From the NCBI GenBank assembly GCA_012838425.1, contig DUPG01000014.1, positions 65,541 to 129,540 of the forward strand: a DNA stretch of 64,000 bases. The letters are read 5' to 3'. Position numbers and translations under genes: made by a program. Positions 26,492-36,016 of this stretch are shown here, piece after piece. Below the pieces are notes generated by a model, which was given only the letters and a program-made list of their open reading frames with translations, ran no database searches and was not told where the DNA came from. Within the stretch, counting starts at the first letter, position 1, and every line of letters starts with the position of its first letter. The stretch is from Clostridiales bacterium (GTDB taxonomy: Bacteria; Bacillota; Clostridia; Christensenellales; CAG-138).

Positions 26492-27637
26492 TTAGTCGTT
26501 TATGAGGCTTTCCTCAACCACTACGCTTATTATAGCACGAACACCCCCGTTTTCAAGCAAAACGGTTTCACTCTTTTTCGATACTATCCTGCATTCCTTT
26601 GAAAGTGAAGCTAACATCAGCTCCTCGGCATGTATTAACGCGTATTGCTTCAGCTCCTCAGCTTCGGGTGTCGCTTCACCCATAACAAGCTCGTAGGCGG
26701 TTTCGGTTTCAAAAATTATGGGGAAGAAGCAGTTTACAAGCCTTCGCTTCTCGTTTGATTCTATTTCCGCTTCACCATATGGCTTAGGCTTTACAGTAAT
26801 CCCAAACAGCGTTGCGCTCGTGTAGGTTTTGCTCTCGCCGCTTCGTACTAATTTTTGAATTGCAGGCGGCGCGTCGTATGCGAAGGTGTATAGCACCCTG
26901 CCTATCACCTTGCCCTCCGCGCGTACATAGGCTTCAACGGTTTCTGTGCTTATGTCGCCTGAAATAAGTATGTCGCCCTTCTTAACAGCTGCTCCCTTTT
27001 TGACCATAGGAATACCCTTTGTGGCTATAATATCAACCACAACCCCGTCTGATTTCGCGTACAGGTTTCTCGGCTCAGTCGGAAAATTCGTGTTAGGCGG
27101 AAGCTCAGCCTCAACAATGCTCACATACAGCTTAACGCCTATAAGCCTTACCCCTGCCCATGCTATGCGCTCGTCTGCGCTTCTCAGCTTACCGGGAAGC
27201 TCCTTCAGAAGCTCCGTTTTAGCCACTATGCCGGGGAATACCCCATACTCCTCCAACAGCGCGTAAACCTCTGCTTGTTCAATTTCGTAGCACCCCTTTA
27301 CCTCAACGAACCATACTCTTTGGCTTAGCAGAAACAGCGCAAGCAAAATTATGAGCCAGCCCCATATCAGTACATAGCGTGATTTGTTCTTAGCTAAAAA
27401 GAAGCGAAAACCCTTTTTTTTCTCTATGTGCATTCTCAGCCTGTGCTTTTTTATTATGCTTACTGCCGGATAAAAGTCTTTTAGCGCTATTGTAGCTGTA
27501 ATGGCGTTAATATACATAATGTTCGAGGGGGCGACTCTGCATGTGTTATGCAGACTAATCCCCTGCTTTACGGAATCGTTTATGAAACGCTCAATATTCC
27601 TGCCTTCTATGCGCAATTTTACTGTGTTTGTCCGCAT
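26492..27637 (-). CDS. yqfD: Sporulation protein YqfD
   Basis: 381 aa. N-terminus VKLRIEGRNIERFIN, central TM helix, and position directly after yqfC. Confidence 0.85.
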   Translation of the reverse strand: MRTNTVKLRIEGRNIERFINDSVKQGISLHNTCRVAPSNIMYINAITATIALKDFYPAVSIIKKHRLRMHIEKKKGFRFFLAKNKSRYVLIWGWLIILLALFLLSQRVWFVEVKGCYEIEQAEVYALLEEYGVFPGIVAKTELLKELPGKLRSADERIAWAGVRLIGVKLYVSIVEAELPPNTNFPTEPRNLYAKSDGVVVDIIATKGIPMVKKGAAVKKGDILISGDISTETVEAYVRAEGKVIGRVLYTFAYDAPPAIQKLVRSGESKTYTSATLFGITVKPKPYGEAEIESNEKRRLVNCFFPIIFETETAYELVMGEATPEAEELKQYALIHAEELMLASLSKECRIVSKKSETVLLENGGVRAIISVVVEESLIND

Positions 27638-27644
27638 ATGTCCT

Positions 27645-27950
27645 CTAACTCACACTAATTTGTGATATTTCGCCATATACCATCACCCGTTCGTCGGTAA
27701 TGCCTCTTATCTCTAAGTGCTTTCCCGTAATTTTAAGAATAAAGCTCTGGCTCTGAAACTCTATGCAGCCGTCTAAGTATGAGTAAACTATGCCGTAGTT
27801 CTCTATAAGCACCTTGCTATTGCTTATCATGGTAACACGAAGCACATCGCCCAAGCAGTCCTCAGGCAGATCCAATACCTCGAAAAACTTCCGTCTGAAC
27901 GCAGTAAACCTGCGCCCCTTAATGCTTTTATTCGGCTTATATTTTCGCAT
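27645..27950 (-). CDS. yqfC: Sporulation protein YqfC (YabP family)
   Basis: The pattern DLPEDCLGDVLRVTMISNSKVLIENY..LEIRGI is typical of YabP/YqfC. Confidence 0.8.
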   Translation of the reverse strand: MRKYKPNKSIKGRRFTAFRRKFFEVLDLPEDCLGDVLRVTMISNSKVLIENYGIVYSYLDGCIEFQSQSFILKITGKHLEIRGITDERVMVYGEISQISVS

Positions 27951-28143
27951 GGTAATATTTATGCGGACTTATTATTAGAAATGCAAAATGATTAGTGTGG
28001 AGAGTGAAGTGCGGAATTGCCGCGCGGATAAAAAAATGATGAATGTAAAATGCAAAATGATAAATAATGTTGCGCTTGCGCAATATTTCATGTCCGCAGG
28101 ATATCTCACAATTCCCGCTGGGCATTTCACGCCGCGAAGCTGC

Positions 28144-29160
28144 CTACACATCATCCGGTATGCTCAGCCTAATGAATGTGTTTATCGCGTATCTGTCTGT
28201 CATGCAGGCTATGTAGTCGGCTGTTACCACATCTATTCCGTCCTCGTCTATGAACTGCGTGAACTCCGGCGGCATAAGGTGACAATTCTCTTTATAGTAG
28301 TTGAATAAGAATGCGACTATCTGCTTAGCCTTTACCTCCTCACGCCTTGCCTCCTTATTGAGATATACATACTCGAACATAAAATTGCGCAGATTGTCAA
28401 ACTCTCGTGCTACAATATCGCTCATTCCTATTTCAGGCTCGTTGAAGCTGTGCTTTATAACATCGGTTATAAGCGTATTTATGCGCTCGCCATGCGTTCT
28501 GCCCAATACCTTCAGGCAGGATTCGGGAATATCTTCTTCTTTAAGAATGCCTGCGCGTATAGCGTCGTCAATGTCGTGATTCACATACGCAAATTTATCC
28601 GACATGCTTACTACCGTCGCTTCAAGCGTCGCTTTCCTGTCCTTGCTTCTGTGGTTCAGTATTCCGTCGCGCACCTCAAAGGTTAAATTTAAGCCTGTAC
28701 CGCCGTTTTCTAATTTATCCACTACGCGCAGGCTCTGCTTGTTGTGCTCAAAACCGTTTGGCACAAGCTCGCTAAGCTTATTTTCGCCCGCATGCCCGAA
28801 TGGCGTATGCCCCAAGTCGTGCCCCAATGCTATGGCTTCTGTCAAATCCTCGTTAAGCAGCAAGCCTCTTGCTATTGAACGCGCAATCTGCGTTACCTCT
28901 AAAGTATGTGTAAGGCGTGTTCTGTAATGGTCGCCTACCGGCGCGAAGAACACCTGCGTTTTGTGCTTCAGCCTTCTGAATGACTTGCAGTGAATTATCC
29001 TGTCCCTGTCGCGCATGAATTCAGAACGCAAAGGGCATGGGGGAATATCCTTCTGCCTGCCCTTCGTGTTTTCAGACAATACCGCGTATTGTGAAAGCGT
29101 TTCCCTTTCTCTTTTAGCTAATAGCTCTTTTACCGTTGAAATATCGTTAATCATACGCAC
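28144..29160 (-). CDS. dGTP triphosphohydrolase-like HD-domain protein
   Basis: RTRLTHTLEVTQIARSIA and LGHDLGHTPFGH motifs. Confidence 0.85.
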   Translation of the reverse strand: MRMINDISTVKELLAKRERETLSQYAVLSENTKGRQKDIPPCPLRSEFMRDRDRIIHCKSFRRLKHKTQVFFAPVGDHYRTRLTHTLEVTQIARSIARGLLLNEDLTEAIALGHDLGHTPFGHAGENKLSELVPNGFEHNKQSLRVVDKLENGGTGLNLTFEVRDGILNHRSKDRKATLEATVVSMSDKFAYVNHDIDDAIRAGILKEEDIPESCLKVLGRTHGERINTLITDVIKHSFNEPEIGMSDIVAREFDNLRNFMFEYVYLNKEARREEVKAKQIVAFLFNYYKENCHLMPPEFTQFIDEDGIDVVTADYIACMTDRYAINTFIRLSIPDDV

Positions 29161-31027
29161 TCCTGTTTTGCTTTACTCTCAGATAAATTCCTGAATAGCC
29201 TTCAATGTCCAAATCTATATAGTGCTTGTCATTTTCCTCATAGCTTTTTACTGTGTATTTTGTGCTTTCTAAATTCCCGCCGAAACGGACATCGTTTGAA
29301 TGAAGTATGACCTCTGCTTCTAAGCTCTCAGGAACTTCTATTTTATACTTTTCATATTTTACAGGCGTGAAGTTTAATACGCAAATTATTTTTTTGCGCT
29401 TATCATGGCGCATAAAAGCTATAAGAGACCTGTCCTTATCGCCAACTATTAGCCAGCTGAAGCCCTCCCAGCTCGTATCGTATGCGTAAAACGGCGTATT
29501 CTCTCTATATACGAAATTCAATTCGCGCACAAAGTCCTTCATCTCTCTATGGCGCGGATAATCAAGCAAAAAGAAATCCAAAGACCGCCTGAAATCCCAC
29601 TCAATAAACTGTCCGAACTCACAGCCCATGAACATAAGCTTCTTGCCCGGGTGCGCGAACTGATACATATATAAAAGCCGCAGCTGCGCAAACTTCTCGT
29701 CATAGCTGCCGGGCATCTTCTCAATGAGAGAGCGCTTACCGTGCACAACCTCATCATGCGAAAAAGGCAGTATGAAGTTTTCCGAAAAAGCGTACATCAT
29801 TGAAAAGGTCAGCTTGTCGTGGTGATGCTTTCTGAAATATGAGTCCATGCTTATATAGTACAATGTGTCGTTCATGTAGCCCATATTCCACTTAAAGTTA
29901 AAGCCCAAGCCCCCATGTTCGGGAGGCATTGTTACAAGCGGAAACGCGGTACTTTCCTCCGCAATCAGCAAGGCGGAGGGGCACTCCCTCCCCACAGTCT
30001 TAGCAAGCGTGCGCAAAAAATCTATTGCGTCTAAATTCTCTCTGCCGCCGTACTGATTAGGCAGGTACTCGCCTTCTTTTTTCCCGTAGTCAAGGTAAAG
30101 CATACAGCTGCACGCGTCAACGCGCAGTCCGTCTATATGAAATTCCTTCAATAAAAATATGGCATTTGACAGCAGAAAGCTCCTCACAGCAGGCTTTGAA
30201 AAGTCAAACAGCGTTGTTCCCCATTGCGGCTGCTCGCTTCGGCGCGGGTTGCTGTGCTCATATAGCGGTTCTCCGTCAAAGCAGCGCAGACCATGCTCGT
30301 CCTTCGCAAAATGCGCAGGCACCCAGTCCGCTATTACGCCTATATTGTGCTTATGACATTCGTTTACAAAGTGCTTCAGGTCGTATGGCGTGCCGTAGCG
30401 TGTGGTTATAGAATAATACCCCGTTACCTGATACCCCCAGCTGTCGTCTAACGGAAACTCGCTTACGGGCAGCAGCTCAATATGCGTATAGCCCATATCC
30501 TTTACATATTGAACAAGCTCTGTTGACAGCTCGTACAGCCCCTTCCCCAGCTTCCATGAGCCCAAATGCACTTCATATATGCTCATGGGTGAATGATACG
30601 GGTCTTTCCTTTTGCGTTGCTCCATGTATGCTTGGTCTGTCCAGTCGTAATGCTCAATTTCCCATACCACAGAGGCAGTTTCGGGGCGGTGCTGCGAACG
30701 AAACGCATACGGGTCGGCCTTGTATAGAATTTGTCCGCTTTTTGTCCTGATTGCGTATTTATATAAATCGTTGTTGCTTGCGTTTTCTATTATCGCTTGC
30801 CATATTCCGCAGTCGTTTAGCTTTTCCATATTGTTTTTTGAAATATCCCAGCCGTTGAAAGAGCCTACTACGCTTACTTCTGTTGCGTGCGGGGCATATA
30901 CTGTGAAGCGCTTAGCGGTTTTACCGTTTGCAAGCGCTACTGTGTGGCAGCCGAATAGCCTGTAGCTATATGCGGCAGTACCTTCAAAAAATAAGTATGT
31001 GTCTAATTCAAAGTCGCTGTGCTTCAT
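29147..31027 (-). CDS. glgB: 1,4-alpha-glucan branching enzyme
   Basis: 626 aa GH13_9 with DWVPAHF, GLRVDA, EESTAFP and FILPFSHDEVVHGK. Confidence 0.95.
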   Translation of the reverse strand: MKHSDFELDTYLFFEGTAAYSYRLFGCHTVALANGKTAKRFTVYAPHATEVSVVGSFNGWDISKNNMEKLNDCGIWQAIIENASNNDLYKYAIRTKSGQILYKADPYAFRSQHRPETASVVWEIEHYDWTDQAYMEQRKRKDPYHSPMSIYEVHLGSWKLGKGLYELSTELVQYVKDMGYTHIELLPVSEFPLDDSWGYQVTGYYSITTRYGTPYDLKHFVNECHKHNIGVIADWVPAHFAKDEHGLRCFDGEPLYEHSNPRRSEQPQWGTTLFDFSKPAVRSFLLSNAIFLLKEFHIDGLRVDACSCMLYLDYGKKEGEYLPNQYGGRENLDAIDFLRTLAKTVGRECPSALLIAEESTAFPLVTMPPEHGGLGFNFKWNMGYMNDTLYYISMDSYFRKHHHDKLTFSMMYAFSENFILPFSHDEVVHGKRSLIEKMPGSYDEKFAQLRLLYMYQFAHPGKKLMFMGCEFGQFIEWDFRRSLDFFLLDYPRHREMKDFVRELNFVYRENTPFYAYDTSWEGFSWLIVGDKDRSLIAFMRHDKRKKIICVLNFTPVKYEKYKIEVPESLEAEVILHSNDVRFGGNLESTKYTVKSYEENDKHYIDLDIEGYSGIYLRVKQNRSAYD

Positions 31028-31148
31028 CTTTTCTCCGAATACTTGGTAATGCTATTATATCATAACACGAGAAAACACTATAGCGTTTGAATAAAAAGCC
31101 GTAATTTATTATATTCTGTTGATATTTGGTATATTTGTTGTATAGAGG

Positions 31149-31176
31149 TTGAACAAAACTTTTTTTGTGGTAGAAT
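31149..31176 (+). promoter_or_regulatory. Candidate promoter of pgk-tpiA-gpmI(-ftsY)
   Basis: TTGAAC (31149-31154), 16 nt, TGgTAGAAT (extended -10; hexamer at 31171-31176). Confidence 0.5.
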
Positions 31177-31211
31177 AGGCAAAGATGAATAACGCTTCGG
31201 AGGTGGTTAAG

Positions 31212-32417
31212 TTGAATGAGCCTTTAATCTCCAAAAAAACTTTGAGAGATTATGATTTCGATTCAAAACGCGTACTTGTGAGAGTTGACTTCAATGTTCC
31301 GCTTGATGAAAATCGGCAGATTACAGACGATAAGCGTATCGTCGCAGCACTGCCTACTATTAAATATCTATTAGAGCATCACGCAAAAGTCATATTGTGT
31401 TCTCACTTAGGCAGACCAAAAGGTAAAATAGTTCCCGAAATGTCATTAAAACCCGTATATGAAAAATTATGCGAGATTCTCCCCGGTATAACAATCAAAT
31501 TCGCTCATGACGCAGTGGGTGAAGATGCAAAAGCAAAGGTGAACAGTCTAAATAATGGCGAAATACTGTTGTTAGAAAATTTACGCTTCTACCCGGAGGA
31601 AGAAAAGAATTCTCCTGAATTTGCGAAAGAATTGGCCTCTCTGGCGGATATTTTCGTGTCCGACGCGTTCGGAACGGTGCACAGGGCGCACGCATCAACA
31701 GCGGGCGTGTGCGAATATCTCCCGTCAGCAGTGGGCTTCTTAATAGAAAAAGAGATTAATGCTTTAGATTCGGCATTAAATAACCCAAAGCGCCCGTTTG
31801 TAGCGATACTGGGCGGCCTTAAGGTTAAGGATAAAATTGGCGTTATCAGAAATTTATTGAGCCTGTGCGACACGCTTTTAATAGGCGGCGGTATGGGCTA
31901 TTTTTTCTTGAGGGCGCAGGGCTACGAAATAGGAGAGTCCGTTAAAACGGACGAAGAAAGCATTGCATTAGCAAAAGAATTATTACAGGAAGCAAAAGAA
32001 AAGCAGGTTGACTTGGTATTGCCCATAGACATAGTAGTTGGAGAGGAGTTTTCAAACGAAACCAAGTATTACACCGTAAACGCTACTAAAATACCAAAAG
32101 GCATGATAGGCATGGATATTGGCGAAAACACCATAGAGCTTTTCAGCAAGTATATTAAGAGCGCGAAAACAGTTGTGTGGAATGGTCCTGTGGGCGTGTT
32201 CGAATTCAGCAGCTTTGCAAAGGGTACCGGCGAAATTGCAAAGGCTTGCGCGGAAAGCGGCGCAGTCACTATAATAGGTGGTGGAGATTCAGCGGCTGCC
32301 GTAATTCAAATGGGCTATGAGGATAAGATGACGCATATATCCACAGGCGGCGGCGCGTCGCTTGAATATCTTGAAGGCAAGAAGCTGCCCGGCATCGAGG
32401 CAATACAGGATAAATAA
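31212..32417 (+). CDS. pgk: Phosphoglycerate kinase
   Basis: [17 protein letters not shown] and GGGDS motifs. TTG 31212 lies 6 nt after GGAGGTG. ATG 31185 has no RBS and sits at the predicted TSS. Confidence 0.9.
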   Translation: MNEPLISKKTLRDYDFDSKRVLVRVDFNVPLDENRQITDDKRIVAALPTIKYLLEHHAKVILCSHLGRPKGKIVPEMSLKPVYEKLCEILPGITIKFAHDAVGEDAKAKVNSLNNGEILLLENLRFYPEEEKNSPEFAKELASLADIFVSDAFGTVHRAHASTAGVCEYLPSAVGFLIEKEINALDSALNNPKRPFVAILGGLKVKDKIGVIRNLLSLCDTLLIGGGMGYFFLRAQGYEIGESVKTDEESIALAKELLQEAKEKQVDLVLPIDIVVGEEFSNETKYYTVNATKIPKGMIGMDIGENTIELFSKYIKSAKTVVWNGPVGVFEFSSFAKGTGEIAKACAESGAVTIIGGGDSAAAVIQMGYEDKMTHISTGGGASLEYLEGKKLPGIEAIQDK

Positions 32418-32449
32418 CGAGTAAAATATAGTGTATTCGGAGGATAAAA

Positions 32450-33205
32450 ATGAGAAAAAGGATTATTGCGGGCAACTGGAAGATGAACCTAACGCCCAAG
32501 CAGGCAAAAGAACTTATTCTTGAGCTTTCGCCGAAGGTAAAGCACGCTGCTTGCGAGGTAGTGGTATGCCCTCCGGCAGTCGATTTGCAGGCGGTAAGCG
32601 AAGCCATTTCGGGCACTAATATCGTATTAGGTGCGCAGAATGTGCATTGGAAGGAAAGCGGTGCATACACAGGCGAGATCAGCGCAAAAATGTTGTTAGA
32701 GCTTGGCGTAAAATATGTTATAATCGGTCATAGCGAACGCAGGCAGTATTTCGGCGAAACAGACGAAACCGTAAATATGCGCGCCCTGTTTGCGTTAGAA
32801 AGCGGCTTGGTGCCAATAATATGCGTTGGCGAATCGTTGGAAACGCGTGAGAGCGGCACGACGAACGAGTTTGTTTCCAATCAGATAAAAGCTGCTCTAA
32901 AAGGTATGAGTAAAGAGCAGGTAAAGGGCATTGTAATAGCCTATGAGCCTATTTGGGCAATAGGCACAGGCAAAACAGCCACAAGCGCAGAAGCATACGA
33001 AGCAATATCTGCAATAAGGAGTACGATAGCAGATATTTACGACGAAAGCGTAGCAAACTTGGTTCGTATTCAGTATGGCGGAAGCATGAATTCAAGGAAT
33101 GCGTCCGAGCTGTTAGCTATGGAGAACATAGACGGCGGCCTTATAGGCGGAGCGAGCTTAAAGGCTGATGATTTCGCAGCAATTTGCGCAGCCGCGAGCA
33201 AGTAA
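32450..33205 (+). CDS. tpiA: Triosephosphate isomerase
   Basis: IAGNWKMN, IIGHSERR and AYEPIWAIGTG. Confidence 0.95.
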   Translation: MRKRIIAGNWKMNLTPKQAKELILELSPKVKHAACEVVVCPPAVDLQAVSEAISGTNIVLGAQNVHWKESGAYTGEISAKMLLELGVKYVIIGHSERRQYFGETDETVNMRALFALESGLVPIICVGESLETRESGTTNEFVSNQIKAALKGMSKEQVKGIVIAYEPIWAIGTGKTATSAEAYEAISAIRSTIADIYDESVANLVRIQYGGSMNSRNASELLAMENIDGGLIGGASLKADDFAAICAAASK

Positions 33206-33228
33206 ATTTGGAGTAATGGTAGAAATGT

Positions 33229-34785
33229 ATGAAGAAACTAACTGCACTGATAGTGCTTGACGGATTTGGACACTCAAAAGATGTATTCGGCAACGCCATA
33301 ATGGCGGCGGATATAAGCTATATCCCATATCTGCTGGACAACTACCCCAACACGCTTATAGCTGCTTCGGGGGTAGATGTCGGCTTGCCCGAAGGTCAAA
33401 TGGGCAATTCAGAGGTAGGGCATATGAACTTGGGCGCGGGCAGAATAGTCCCGCAGGAGCTGCTTTTCATAAACAAGCATATTGAGGAAGGCACATTCTT
33501 CACAAACGAGGCGTTCTTAAGCGCTATTGAGAACTGTAAAAAGCATGATTCCGCCCTGCACATATTCGGGCTGTTGTCCGATGGCGGAGTGCACAGCCAC
33601 ATAAATCACCTGTACGCGCTTATAAAGCTGGCTACACAGCACAAAATAACAAAGCTGTTCATTCATTGCTTTATGGACGGCAGAGATACAGCCCCCAACA
33701 GCGGCATAGACTTCATAGACGAGCTGCAATATAAGCTGGATAACGAGTTCCGTAACGGTAAAATCGCAAGCATAATGGGAAGATTCTACGCTATGGACAG
33801 GGACAGCAACTTCACGCGTATCCAAAAAGCCTATGACGCGCTTGTTTTCGGCAAGGGCAGGGAGTTCAACAGTGCGCGTGAGGCTGTGCTGGCTTCGTAT
33901 GAGGAAAACATATTTGACGAGTACATAATTCCTTCTGTAATAGTCGAAAACTCAAAGCCGGTCGCGACCATACAGAGCAATGACAGCATAATTTTCTACA
34001 ATTACAGACCCGACAGGGCATTCCAGATAACAAAAACATTCGTAATGCCTGATGACAGGTTCGATGTTGAGGGCTTTAACCGCAAGCCAAACTTCTTCCC
34101 GTATTTCGCGGCTATGTCGCCTTACAGAGAGTGCGTTGATCCGTACATACACATAGCATACAACCGCAAGAGCGTTGAAGGTACAATGGGCGAGTACATA
34201 TCGAAGTTAGGTTTGAAGCAGCTTAGGATTGCCGAAACCGAGAAGTTCGCTCATGTTACTAAGTTCTTCAACGGCAACAGCGAAATTCAGTTCGAGGGTG
34301 AGGACAGGGTGCTTATACCTTCCCCGAAGGTCGAGCGTTATAGCGAAATGCCCGAGATGAGCGCATACAAGGTAACCGAAGAATGTATAAAGCGCATACA
34401 AAGCGGCGAGTACGACTTTATGGTTTTGAATTTCGCAAATCCCGATATGGTAGGGCATACGGGCGAGTTTGACGCGGCTGTAAAGGCGGTCGAGGTGGTT
34501 GACGAGTGCCTGCAAAGGGTTGTAGAAGCAATATTGGCACAAAACGGTCGCGCTATAGTAACTGCCGACCATGGCAATATTGAGAAGATGATAGATAAGC
34601 TCACAAGGAAGCCTTTAACAGAGCACACCACTTCAGAAGTAATGTGCATTATAGTCGATAACGACAGAAAAAACATCAAAATGCGCGAGCATGGCAGGCT
34701 GTGCGATGTAGCTCCCACGCTATTGGAGCTTATGGGTATTAAGCAGCCTGAAATCATGACGGGCAAATCCTTGATAGCGGAGTAA
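33229..34785 (+). CDS. gpmI: 2,3-bisphosphoglycerate-independent phosphoglycerate mutase
   Basis: VLDGFG, GNSEVGHMNLGAGR and TADHGN. Confidence 0.95.
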   Translation: MKKLTALIVLDGFGHSKDVFGNAIMAADISYIPYLLDNYPNTLIAASGVDVGLPEGQMGNSEVGHMNLGAGRIVPQELLFINKHIEEGTFFTNEAFLSAIENCKKHDSALHIFGLLSDGGVHSHINHLYALIKLATQHKITKLFIHCFMDGRDTAPNSGIDFIDELQYKLDNEFRNGKIASIMGRFYAMDRDSNFTRIQKAYDALVFGKGREFNSAREAVLASYEENIFDEYIIPSVIVENSKPVATIQSNDSIIFYNYRPDRAFQITKTFVMPDDRFDVEGFNRKPNFFPYFAAMSPYRECVDPYIHIAYNRKSVEGTMGEYISKLGLKQLRIAETEKFAHVTKFFNGNSEIQFEGEDRVLIPSPKVERYSEMPEMSAYKVTEECIKRIQSGEYDFMVLNFANPDMVGHTGEFDAAVKAVEVVDECLQRVVEAILAQNGRAIVTADHGNIEKMIDKLTRKPLTEHTTSEVMCIIVDNDRKNIKMREHGRLCDVAPTLLELMGIKQPEIMTGKSLIAE

Positions 34786-34787
34786 CC

Positions 34788-35792
34788 ATGGGCATATTCA
34801 AAAAGAAAAAGGATACAGACACCCGAAGCGTTGAGGAAATAGTTTTTGTAGAAGCGCAGAATCCGGAAGCCGAAAAGAAGGAGGAGAGCAAGGGCTTTTT
34901 CGCTAAGCTGAAATCCTCGCTTTCAAAAACTGGCGGCGGGCTGCTCAGCTCAGTATTTAATACGCACGAAAAAATTGACGCCGACTTTTACGACGAGCTT
35001 GAAGAAGCAATGATTTTAGCCGATATGGGCTTGGAAACCACTCAGGAAGTGCTGGATTCGTTGCGCCAAGTCGTAAAAGCGCAGAAATTAACCGCTCCGC
35101 AAGAGGCAAGGGAAGCATTAGTTGAGCTGTTAGCCAACAAGATGCAGCCCGAAAACGAGTTCTTGGCAGAAGTCGAGCAGGCTGTAATACTGATTGTAGG
35201 CGTAAACGGAGTTGGCAAAACAACCTCAATAGGCAAGCTATCAAACTATTATAAGCTAAGCGACAGAAGCGTAGTTATTGCAGCGGCAGATACATTCCGC
35301 GCCGCAGCGGCAGAGCAGCTTACCAAGTGGGCGGAGCGTGCAGATGTGCCAATAATTAAGCATGGCGAGGGCGCAGACCCCGCGGCAGTTGTGTTCGACG
35401 CAATAGCTTCATTCAAGGCAAAGCATAATGATATTTTAATTTGCGATACAGCAGGCAGGCTTCACAACAAAAAGAATCTTATGAACGAGCTTGCGAAAAT
35501 TCGCCGCGTGATTTCGCGCGAGCTGCCCGATACACCGGTAGAGGTGCTGTTGGTGCTTGACGCTACAACAGGGCAAAATGCAGTGTTGCAGGCGCAGGCG
35601 TTTGCGGAGTCAAGCGGCTTGACAGGGCTTATCATAACCAAGCTTGACGGTACGGCAAAGGGCGGCATAGCAGTATCAATTAAGGATATGCTCAACCTGC
35701 CCATACGCTTCATAGGAGTAGGCGAGGGCATAGACGATATGCGCCCGTTCGACGCTTACGAATACGCAAGGGCGTTAATAGGCGAGAAATAA
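34788..35792 (+). CDS. ftsY: Signal recognition particle receptor FtsY
   Basis: GVNGVGKTTSIGKL, DTAGRL and TKLDGTAKGG. Confidence 0.95.
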   Translation: MGIFKKKKDTDTRSVEEIVFVEAQNPEAEKKEESKGFFAKLKSSLSKTGGGLLSSVFNTHEKIDADFYDELEEAMILADMGLETTQEVLDSLRQVVKAQKLTAPQEAREALVELLANKMQPENEFLAEVEQAVILIVGVNGVGKTTSIGKLSNYYKLSDRSVVIAAADTFRAAAAEQLTKWAERADVPIIKHGEGADPAAVVFDAIASFKAKHNDILICDTAGRLHNKKNLMNELAKIRRVISRELPDTPVEVLLVLDATTGQNAVLQAQAFAESSGLTGLIITKLDGTAKGGIAVSIKDMLNLPIRFIGVGEGIDDMRPFDAYEYARALIGEK

Positions 35793-35817
35793 GCCTTCAT
35801 AGCTTCATTGTATTATT

Positions 35818-35843
35818 GAGAGTACGCGGTACTCTCTTTTTTT
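35818..35843 (+). terminator. Rho-independent terminator after ftsY
   Basis: gagagtac-gcg-gtactctc stem followed by TTTTTTT. Confidence 0.85.
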
Positions 35844-36016
35844 AAGCTGCTATTTTTCTTGATATTGGAGCACGCTTATCAGTGCCCTCTGAAAGCATTT
35901 TTATTTGATTCTTATATTTTCGTATAGCTTTTCGCATATCGCGCTCATAATAACATATGGCAAGGTGTTGGTTATTTTCTGTTTAATGTGCAAATACTTT
36001 GCCTGAGGAGTAAACT

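Noticed and set aside
32269-32670. 133-aa minus-strand ORF spanning the pgk-tpiA junction, and other 60-140-aa ORFs antisense to gpmI, ftsY, polA and the ABC genes.
   Set aside because: All lie opposite strongly supported conserved genes. They lack RBSs and show no family motifs.
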